Part shown: one piece after another, positions 29,936 through 37,329 of the stretch
Numbering within the stretch: position 1 is the first letter of the stretch
How the letters are laid out: the number at the start of each line of letters is the position of its first letter
Assembly (NCBI GenBank): GCA_963578775.1
Contig: CAUZEG010000004.1
Coordinates: forward strand, 1-58,376
Direction of reading: 5' to 3'
Origin: Myxococcales bacterium
GTDB taxonomy: Bacteria; Myxococcota_A; UBA9042; UBA3505
DNA: 58,376 nucleotides
Program-made: the position numbers and the translations under genes
The notes under the pieces: generated by a model
Told to the model about the DNA's origin: nothing
What the model saw: only the letters and a program-made list of their open reading frames with translations
The model's database searches: none

Positions 29936-30775
29936 TCAGGCGCTGGCCGCCTGTACCTCAAATGTGTGCACGTTCATCCGGTGATCCACGCCGATCCCCT
30001 GTGATGCATCCAACGTCTGCCAGACATCTTCGTCCGAGATGATCTCGCTCGAGATGATCACATGGTTGATGGATCCATCGGTGGGATTCTCACATTCCAC
30101 GCTGAACGCCGGACAGGTATCGCGCTCCGAACAGCGTTTTTTATGAGTCGAATAGACCAACTCCTTACCCCCGTGACAGGCGATGAGCATATTCCCGTTG
30201 GTAGCCAGAAAGGTGAGCAAAGAAGGCTCTTCCGATTGGGCGTCGGCGACTTCACGGATCTGCGCTACCGTGTCCTGCAAGGCCGCCTGGGCATGCTCGA
30301 ACCGAACGGAGCGCTGCGTGATCTCGGTTCGTTGATGGAGGCAGGATAGAAAGAGATAAAAGCAGATCTCACTATCCGTCGTACCCATGATGAACCGCCG
30401 CAACCTCGGGGCAATCCGCGATCGAAGCTCGTCGGCCACCTCTTCGAACCTCGGGATCTCGCCATTATGGGCAAATACCCATGGCCCATATTGGAAGGGG
30501 TGACAATTCAGCAGATTGATATCCCCCACCGTGGCTTTGCGCAGGTGCGCAACAACCGTATTCGAGGCGACAATGCCCGACACCCGCTGAAAGAGACGGT
30601 CATCTACGGCTGTATCCGCATTTCGAATCGTATGCGGAATCCCCCCTATATAGTAGGCAACACCCCAGCCATCAGGATGCTTTTCGCTCTGCACGGCCAA
30701 GGCGTTCTCAGCCCGTAGCAATGAGCGGTGAACCTGGCTGGCGATGCTGGACTTAAATCCGAATAACCTACACAT
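29936..30775 (-). CDS. Class II (Ntn) glutamine amidotransferase, YafJ-like stand-alone
   Basis: It begins MCRLFGFKS (catalytic Cys2). It then has HPDGWGVAYY, VVAHLRKAT.G......CHPF and WVFAHNGEI, colinear with YafJ-type amidotransferases. Confidence 0.7.
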   Translation of the reverse strand: MCRLFGFKSSIASQVHRSLLRAENALAVQSEKHPDGWGVAYYIGGIPHTIRNADTAVDDRLFQRVSGIVASNTVVAHLRKATVGDINLLNCHPFQYGPWVFAHNGEIPRFEEVADELRSRIAPRLRRFIMGTTDSEICFYLFLSCLHQRTEITQRSVRFEHAQAALQDTVAQIREVADAQSEEPSLLTFLATNGNMLIACHGGKELVYSTHKKRCSERDTCPAFSVECENPTDGSINHVIISSEIISDEDVWQTLDASQGIGVDHRMNVHTFEVQAASA

Positions 30776-30844
30776 GGAGACTCCTCCGTGCCCTATGGTC
30801 TCCCATTCACCGATTCAGATCAAACGAAAGTCAATCCGACCGCC

Positions 30845-32632
30845 CTATGGATCGACGCAATCGGTGCATAGCGTACGCAAATAGGCGACAACTGCGTCCA
30901 GCTGCGTGTAGTGCAGATGATCAAAGGCCGGCATCATATTCCGCTTGCCATATAAACGATCGTGTCCGGGTTCGATCAACATCGATCGTAGGAACACATC
31001 GGAACCATAACCTGCAAGGCGCATCACCATGGGTCGAGTACCAGGAACGGCTTCAATCAAAAGAGGTCCACTCTGTAACTCGCCTGGTTCATGGCAATAG
31101 GAACATTCGCCAAAGTCCTCTTCGCCCTTCTTGGCAAGTTCTTCGTTAATCGGCGGATTGTAGCGGCGTCCTGTTCCCTGAATCAGATATTCAATCAACC
31201 CCGCCCGTACATCCGGCTCCATGAAGTTGGAGTCGTCGTCCGGATCCGCATAACTGGGCATCTCGCCCTTGAAAACAGGGTTTCCTGCGGAATCCAGAAT
31301 ATTGCCGAATCGAGTGGGGTGGTCGGGGCGTTCGATTTGATCGCGGAACCACTTTCGCGAGCCCAGATGATCCAGTACCGGTGCCCGATAACACTCCGCA
31401 TTGGTTTTACATAGGCTATGATCCGACGGGCATGTTCCATTGACGCATTGGGGGGCTCCCTTTCCCTCTGCCTCATGACAGCTGGTACACTGGCTTCGAA
31501 AGAGTTTCCGTCCTTCCAGGGCCTCGATGGTTCCATAGGCTGTAAACCCATTCCGGGCGTACTTCTTGGCAACCAGGGACTCTTCCGCCTGGACCGCTAA
31601 TTGCGCCTGAAACCCCTTATTGTTGGAATCCTGAACCATGGCGACAAGAGTGAGTAATGCCAGAACAATGATTAGCAAAGCCATGGGTGCTACCGTCTTC
31701 CAGCGGGCCTTCAAGTTGTTTTGTTCCGACCGGTCAAGCCAGGGCAAAACCACCAGATAGGCCGCCGCCAGGCCCGGAATGATGACGGTGCCCAGCAGCA
31801 TCATCGGTCCCTCGAAGTACTTCAGCAATTGAAATAGGAATAAGAAATACCATTCCGGGCGAGCCACATAGCTGCTCGCCGGGTCGGCGGGTGCATCGAG
31901 TGGAGCTCCCACGACCACCGCGAGGGTTAACAGCACTCCCATTATCACCGTGATGAACACAAGATCGTAGAACGCCTGAACGGGCCAGAACTTGATGGAC
32001 CGACCACTCATGACGTCTTTGCCCGGAGCGGTCACTCCATGGCGGAAAAAGTAGACCAGGTGGGGAACAACCAGAACCAACAACCCAAGGGGCAGAGCAA
32101 AAACATGCAAGGCGTAAAACCGCGTTAGTGTGGCCGTGCCATACTCGCTCCCTCCTTGAATCAACGTCTGCGTCGCTTCACCGACCAGGGGAACTCCACC
32201 CGCAATATTGGTCGCGACCTGGGTTGCAAAATATCCTTTCTGATCCCAGGGCAGAAGATACCCCGTAAGTGCAAAAGCCATGATAAGCCCGAGCATCAAT
32301 ACGCCCGTGATCCAACTCATCTGCCTCGGCTTCCGATAGGCCCCTGACAAAAACACCTGCAACAAATGAAGTCCGGCCAGAACCACCACAGCGCTGGCAC
32401 CAAAATGGTGCAGACCGCGGACCAACCAACCCCATGTCACGTCGTTCTGTATGGTATATACGCTGGCATAGGCTTCACGCGCGGACGGCACATAGTAGAA
32501 GGCCATAACGATGCCGGTCAGCACCTGTAAGGTCATAGCGAAGAACAGACCGGACCCAAAGACGTAACGGATCCTCGCCCGGCCGGGGATCTCGTGGTCA
32601 AAGGTGTGCTGAACAATGGCCGGTAGCTTCAT
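30845..32632 (-). CDS. Cytochrome b (b6 plus subunit-IV-like) fused to a C-terminal di-haem c-type cytochrome domain
   Basis: The bis-His haem ligand pairs are GLHHFGASAVVVLAGLHLL and ALHVFALPLGLLVLVVPHL. It has PWDQ and the Qo-site PEWY motif (ARPEWYFLFLFQ). The C-terminal periplasmic part carries two CxxCH motifs (CTSCHE, CSYCHE). Confidence 0.88.
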   Translation of the reverse strand: MKLPAIVQHTFDHEIPGRARIRYVFGSGLFFAMTLQVLTGIVMAFYYVPSAREAYASVYTIQNDVTWGWLVRGLHHFGASAVVVLAGLHLLQVFLSGAYRKPRQMSWITGVLMLGLIMAFALTGYLLPWDQKGYFATQVATNIAGGVPLVGEATQTLIQGGSEYGTATLTRFYALHVFALPLGLLVLVVPHLVYFFRHGVTAPGKDVMSGRSIKFWPVQAFYDLVFITVIMGVLLTLAVVVGAPLDAPADPASSYVARPEWYFLFLFQLLKYFEGPMMLLGTVIIPGLAAAYLVVLPWLDRSEQNNLKARWKTVAPMALLIIVLALLTLVAMVQDSNNKGFQAQLAVQAEESLVAKKYARNGFTAYGTIEALEGRKLFRSQCTSCHEAEGKGAPQCVNGTCPSDHSLCKTNAECYRAPVLDHLGSRKWFRDQIERPDHPTRFGNILDSAGNPVFKGEMPSYADPDDDSNFMEPDVRAGLIEYLIQGTGRRYNPPINEELAKKGEEDFGECSYCHEPGELQSGPLLIEAVPGTRPMVMRLAGYGSDVFLRSMLIEPGHDRLYGKRNMMPAFDHLHYTQLDAVVAYLRTLCTDCVDP

Positions 32633-33201
32633 GAGCGCGGCTCCGGCTGCGGCCGCCCGGGTCGAAAATGAACGACTTCAACAACCAGTCGACCATCCAC
32701 TACACGCGCCTCGAGGGTATCCATTCTACGCGGCGAGGGATTGGTGCCACCAGAGGTCATCCTCTGCTTGGAACCTGCCTTGGCAAAGTCAGTCGTAAAA
32801 CGACTATTATGACAGGGACAGACAAAGCCCTGGGTCTTGTCGTAATCCACATTGCAGCCAAGATGAGGACACTCGCGGCTAAGGACCTTTAGATTCGGAC
32901 TGCGCCCCTCCGAGTCGACCTCGAGGTTCTTAGCCGTATCGCGGACCACGAAAACCCCCAACTCTGGGCGCGGTGGCATCTGGATCGGTCCATCCATTTT
33001 CGACGTAACCAGCATGGTCTGCGTTACAGTACCGGGTTGAAACTGGTCTACCGGACCCACATCAACACGTGGGCGTTCCCCACTTCCTTGTTTGCGAATC
33101 AGCGGATCCAACAAGGGGCCGAGTAGAGGAACACCAACCAACAGGCCAACAATCCCTCCAAGGACTCCATTTACCCAGACAAGAAACGATCTACGGTTCA
33201 C
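32629..33201 (-). CDS. Rieske 2Fe-2S subunit with a twin-arginine leader
   Basis: MNRRSFLVWVNG (RR motif) is followed by a TM helix. The cluster ligands are CPHLGC .. CPCHNS. The stop overlaps the cytochrome b start (4 nt). Confidence 0.88.
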   Translation of the reverse strand: MNRRSFLVWVNGVLGGIVGLLVGVPLLGPLLDPLIRKQGSGERPRVDVGPVDQFQPGTVTQTMLVTSKMDGPIQMPPRPELGVFVVRDTAKNLEVDSEGRSPNLKVLSRECPHLGCNVDYDKTQGFVCPCHNSRFTTDFAKAGSKQRMTSGGTNPSPRRMDTLEARVVDGRLVVEVVHFRPGRPQPEPRS

Positions 33202-33246
33202 GTCCTATCCTCCGCGCTTCTGCCATTCCTACACTTTCTCTTCACT

Positions 33247-35313
33247 TCAGGTCGCTGCTTTTTTGGCTTTTGGTTTCGCATGCCAGATCCGGCGCGCAAG
33301 GACCATCCCAACAAATGCCACCGGGATCAATGTTATGGGCCAGATCTGCCATTCACTGGCCTGCATGGGGATCCCCTCGCTGAAGGTGCCCAGACCAAAA
33401 TCAAAGTCCTGATATTCCTTATTAGGCAGCAACCAACCATATAGCAGAGCCATGAAGCCTGTACCCAGGTAGACAAAGCCATCGATGATCCCGACTGCAA
33501 TACCGGCATTTTTTCGACCGCCAAAGTCCATGCTGGCCGTACCCGACAACATCCCGTGGACGCCGATGACACACATAGACAAGAAAATCACCATCCAACC
33601 CATGCCAGGTCCTCCCAGCAGGAAGCAGGCGATAGTCGCCCCAACCAACATGCCCCCATAGAGAACGGCCGCTACCGGTCCGCGCCGCGACTGAAAGACA
33701 CGATCGGAAACCACGCCGGCAAAGACGCCTCCGAGAATGCCCGCACAACAGAGCAGTAGCCCCCAGTTCTGGTATACATAACTGCCGGTTGTATTTGTCG
33801 CTTCGGAGAACGCCGGAAAATACTGCATGATCGCCTGGCGGAAGAAGCCGCTACAGAACTCGATACAGGCAATGGTCAAAATGACGGGGTTGGTCAACAT
33901 CTTCTTGAAGACCGGTATGGCCGCGAGCTGCGGCCCATCATCGCCAGACGATGCATCGGCGGTGTCAAAGTCCTCAAAGCCCGCTTCTCCCGGAGTGTCT
34001 CGTACTACCACGAAAACGATGAACCAGAAGACGGTGAGAATCGCGGCCGGGACCAGGAACACCCACTCCGTGTCAAAGGTGTTCACAATGATATAGCCCC
34101 AATCAAAGGCAAAGTAGATACCCAGGGAGATTAGGATGCCGAAGATGGCCCCGAATACCCCACGCTCATTTACATGGAACCAGGGGGCATTCACACGAAC
34201 AATGGCGACCGCCCCAAAGCTCTGGAAATACATATTCGCCGCGTAGAGGATCGAGAAGGTCAGTCGAATATTATCGGTATACCCATAGTAGGTCATAAGC
34301 CCCATACCGAGATTACAAAGAGCGGCTCCAGCCCCGCCGATCAGTATCGCCTTCTTTCCACCGATGCGATCCGTAACCGGACCGTTGATAAGAAACGAGA
34401 GGCCATAGGTCACCGTTCCGACAAGAAAGATAAAACTGAAGTCGGACAGGCTCATCACATCACCAAAGGCACTCTGCGCCACCTTCAGATTGTATCGCCC
34501 CATATAGAGAAAGGCATAGGTCAGGCCCATCGGTAGCCAATTCATCACCCGTCGCCTACGAAATGCCTTGGAATGCCCAAGCTCAACGGCCGGTAGACGA
34601 CCGAGAACAATAGTAATCGCAAATAACAGCAGGAGGATGGGCGAAAACTTCATGAACCAGTCCATCAATGTGACGGACCGGTGGAACGAGGGCTGCTTTT
34701 CCCAGACAAAGCGGAGATCGGCTTCGTTATACTTATCGTTCGCATATACCTTGATGGTGACCGGCGTTTTCTCCTCCTCGCCAGCCGTGGCTTCTTTCTT
34801 TTCCTCAGCCCGTTTGGCCAGGTGTTTCGCGTAGGCCGCAGGCTCATACGATTTCCACTTGCCCAGCACGGCCTTTACAGCCGGATCATCGGTGCCGCTC
34901 ATCGCAAGATAATAGTCCCGAGGATCCTGGTCTCTCGGTAAAAGACGAAGCGTGAAACGGCTTTTATCCGTCGCATTCGTCTCTATTGAATAGTGGTACG
35001 CCGTCGCCTTCTTGATCTTCGCAGCCAGTTGCTTCGCGCGGATCTTCTTGGCTGAAATCTTGATCGTGATGGGCTTTGCCTCGGCGGCCGTATCGCTACC
35101 ACCAACGGTTGGCGCTACTGGCTCAACCGCTGGAGTCGCAGGTTCCGCAGGTGCCACCGCCACGCCCGTATCCGCTGCCACGGCATCCGCCGCGCCCGTA
35201 TCCACAACATCTGGACCCTCAGCAAAGACCGGCATACAAAACCAGGCACAGATACCGAAGAAAAGCAGCGCTTTCCATCCACGATAAAGGGTATTCCTGA
35301 GGGATCTCATCAC
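33247..35313 (-). CDS. MFS transporter (organophosphate:Pi-antiporter-like core) with a ~240-aa N-terminal exported domain and an extra TM helix
   Basis: 688 aa. It has a signal-like leader (ALLFFGICAWFCMPVFAEG), an A/P/V-rich linker, a ~150-aa charged domain, TM0 (FSPILLLLFAITIVLG) and RRRR. A 12-TM MFS core follows (LYMGRYNLKVAQS.., INGPVTDRIGGKK). Confidence 0.78.
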   Translation of the reverse strand: MMRSLRNTLYRGWKALLFFGICAWFCMPVFAEGPDVVDTGAADAVAADTGVAVAPAEPATPAVEPVAPTVGGSDTAAEAKPITIKISAKKIRAKQLAAKIKKATAYHYSIETNATDKSRFTLRLLPRDQDPRDYYLAMSGTDDPAVKAVLGKWKSYEPAAYAKHLAKRAEEKKEATAGEEEKTPVTIKVYANDKYNEADLRFVWEKQPSFHRSVTLMDWFMKFSPILLLLFAITIVLGRLPAVELGHSKAFRRRRVMNWLPMGLTYAFLYMGRYNLKVAQSAFGDVMSLSDFSFIFLVGTVTYGLSFLINGPVTDRIGGKKAILIGGAGAALCNLGMGLMTYYGYTDNIRLTFSILYAANMYFQSFGAVAIVRVNAPWFHVNERGVFGAIFGILISLGIYFAFDWGYIIVNTFDTEWVFLVPAAILTVFWFIVFVVVRDTPGEAGFEDFDTADASSGDDGPQLAAIPVFKKMLTNPVILTIACIEFCSGFFRQAIMQYFPAFSEATNTTGSYVYQNWGLLLCCAGILGGVFAGVVSDRVFQSRRGPVAAVLYGGMLVGATIACFLLGGPGMGWMVIFLSMCVIGVHGMLSGTASMDFGGRKNAGIAVGIIDGFVYLGTGFMALLYGWLLPNKEYQDFDFGLGTFSEGIPMQASEWQIWPITLIPVAFVGMVLARRIWHAKPKAKKAAT

Positions 35314-35550
35314 GACTCCTTCGAACTTATTCGTTCACCCGACTCGGGGTGGCGCAGTCCTAACCCAGCCATGGTCTTCGGGTCAATAGCCAGAGCGTAG
35401 ATTCCCGTGTGGTAACGATATGGCTTGCGGAGGCAAGGACATCTATCACCAGTAGTGCCAGGCAAAAAACCGCTTTGGAGTTGACAGAGAGCATCGGAAT
35501 TGGGACAAAGCGCCGCTTCTATACGAGTTTGAACCGCAGGAGATGAACAA

Positions 35551-36294
35551 ATGACCAGAAAGATGACACTTGGATTTGGACTGATTGCCTTTTTCATCAG
35601 CGGTATGCTGGCCTGTGGCTCCGGTGACGCCGACCCTGCCCAGAACACGGGCTCGGACACCGTAAACTCAACGGACACGACCTCCGGGACAGACGAGGGT
35701 AATACCGATGAAGATGTGAATCTCAGCCTTCCGGACGAGGGGAACACCCAAACCGATCCCGGTACTGTGGGCCCAGACCCTGAAGAAGCCAAAGCACAAT
35801 GTCAGGACTATGCTCTTTGCGCTTTTGGCTGCGGCCAGAACCAGAGTTGCTTTGCACAATGTACCCAGAGCTTCCCCCTGGGCGAGCCCCTCTTCAGCGC
35901 GATTAACAACTGCATCCTTGCACAATGTGGCCAACCCCCAGGCGGAAATCAGCAGGATCCCATCTGGGCGGCATGCCTCTCTGACGTGGCGGCCGAAGGC
36001 GGTGCTTGTTTCCAGAGCCGGGTAGACTGCGGCCTTATCGGGACCGGCAGCTGTAGTGGAGTCGTTACATGTTCACAGGGCTGTACCAATCCACAAACAC
36101 AGAACGATTGCATCAATAAATGTCTCTGGGGCTCTGACGCCAATGGACAAGACCTCTACATGGCCTTCAACAACTGTGTCGCGAGTTCATGCAACGCCGA
36201 GTGCGTCGCAGCTGGAGCTTCACAGGCGGCTTGCCAGACCTGCCAGCAGGAAAAGTGTATAAATGAGATTCAAGCCTGTCAGGCTGATATGTGA
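35551..36294 (+). CDS. Lipoprotein, member 1 of the tandem family with a shared 22-Cys C-terminal module
   Basis: An AGGAG Shine-Dalgarno precedes the ATG. The leader is MTRKMTLGFGLIAFFISGMLACGSG (lipobox). An acidic T/D/G linker follows, then the Cys module at 35800-36291. A strong terminator lies downstream. Confidence 0.75.
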   Translation: MTRKMTLGFGLIAFFISGMLACGSGDADPAQNTGSDTVNSTDTTSGTDEGNTDEDVNLSLPDEGNTQTDPGTVGPDPEEAKAQCQDYALCAFGCGQNQSCFAQCTQSFPLGEPLFSAINNCILAQCGQPPGGNQQDPIWAACLSDVAAEGGACFQSRVDCGLIGTGSCSGVVTCSQGCTNPQTQNDCINKCLWGSDANGQDLYMAFNNCVASSCNAECVAAGASQAACQTCQQEKCINEIQACQADM

Positions 36295-36315
36295 TTTGTA
36301 CCATTCCGCTAGAAT

Positions 36316-36351
36316 GAAAAAAGCCGGGCGAATTCGCCCGGCTTTTTTTTG
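36316..36351 (+). terminator. Rho-independent terminator
   Basis: aaaaaagccgggcg-aatt-cgcccggctttttttt: a perfect 9-bp GC stem with a 4-nt loop and T8. The A-tract upstream makes it potentially bidirectional. Confidence 0.9.
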
Positions 36352-36422
36352 TCCCGGTGAATCGAGACAATGACTTCCATTCTAGGCTATGCTCGATACG
36401 GGCATATAAATCTGGTGGTCTT

Positions 36423-37238
36423 GTGAACTTCAATCCACGGTCCCTATTACTCCTCCTCGGGATTACAGTCCTGGGCTGTGGAGCATCGGCCGGGGCCAGC
36501 ACAGACACGGTCACGGACGCAGCTGGCGATACCTACGTTTCTAAGGACGCAGACACCACGAGCGTTCCGCCGACGGATACCAACGACTGCAATAACGGGG
36601 ATACTACCAATTGCGTAGATGCGTCCGACGCCGGGCCCGACATGGACTCGTCCGGTGGCATCGATTCGAATGTGCCGGATACAACGACCGTCGATCCGGG
36701 TAGCGACACCTCGTCTCCACCGGATACCACAGATCCTGAACTGCTCGAACGACTCTCCTGCCAACAGGCCTTTCTATGTGTCAAGGCTTGTGGCGGGGGA
36801 GAGAGCTGCCAGATCGAATGCTCTGAACAATATCCCGAAGGCGCCGCTCGACTCGATACAATGCTCCTATGCGTCATTGCGGTTTGCGGTGACACACCGG
36901 GTGAATCCGACCCTGGCTGGGCGGCCTGGATCTTTTGTACCCAGGATGCCCAGGCCCCGGGAGCCAGCTGCGCCGCCGAGACCGAACAATGTCTAGCCGG
37001 CCCAGAAGACTGTGCAAATATCGTCCATTGCTCCAATCAATGTGGCTCAAGCCAGAGCTGCCATGACCTATGCCATTGGACAGGAACCCTGTTGGCGCAA
37101 TCACTGTATCAGGCCTTTCGAGGCTGTGTGTATGCAAACTGCAGCAGCATCTGTGGGGAAGAGTTTGAGATCGATGCCTGTACCGCTTGCCAAACAGATT
37201 ATTGCGGTCCAAAGATGCAAGCCTGTCAGGACAATTGA
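36423..37238 (+). CDS. Lipoprotein, member 2 of the tandem family with a shared 22-Cys C-terminal module
   Basis: The ORF opens at GTG 36357, inside or next to the terminator. GTG 36423 gives (M)NFNPRSLLLLLGITVLGCGAS (lipobox) and is preferred. A T/D-rich linker follows, then the Cys module at 36759-37235. Confidence 0.7.
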   Translation: MNFNPRSLLLLLGITVLGCGASAGASTDTVTDAAGDTYVSKDADTTSVPPTDTNDCNNGDTTNCVDASDAGPDMDSSGGIDSNVPDTTTVDPGSDTSSPPDTTDPELLERLSCQQAFLCVKACGGGESCQIECSEQYPEGAARLDTMLLCVIAVCGDTPGESDPGWAAWIFCTQDAQAPGASCAAETEQCLAGPEDCANIVHCSNQCGSSQSCHDLCHWTGTLLAQSLYQAFRGCVYANCSSICGEEFEIDACTACQTDYCGPKMQACQDN

Positions 37239-37329
37239 ATTCTGGTCATATCTTTTTTGACAAAGTAATCCCAGAACTGAGACAATCCCCTCCTTACATT
37301 GGGTGTCGCAATTTTTAGGGAGTACAAGA

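Noticed and set aside
35410-35425. Sigma54-like -24/-12 element (TGGTAACGATATGGCT) about 125 nt upstream of the first gene of the Cys-module trio. A TTGACA also lies at 35481-35486.
   Set aside because: Only the core GG and GC dinucleotides at the right spacing match. The TTGACA has no acceptable -10 at 16-18 nt. This is too weak to call without a position-weight-matrix score or transcription start data.
35310-35792. 160-codon minus-strand ORF spanning the MFS/trio intergenic region and the start of the first trio gene.
   Set aside because: It crosses a divergent promoter region and overlaps a gene with an RBS, a lipobox and paralogues. Its composition (Ser/Pro/Gly-rich) looks non-coding.
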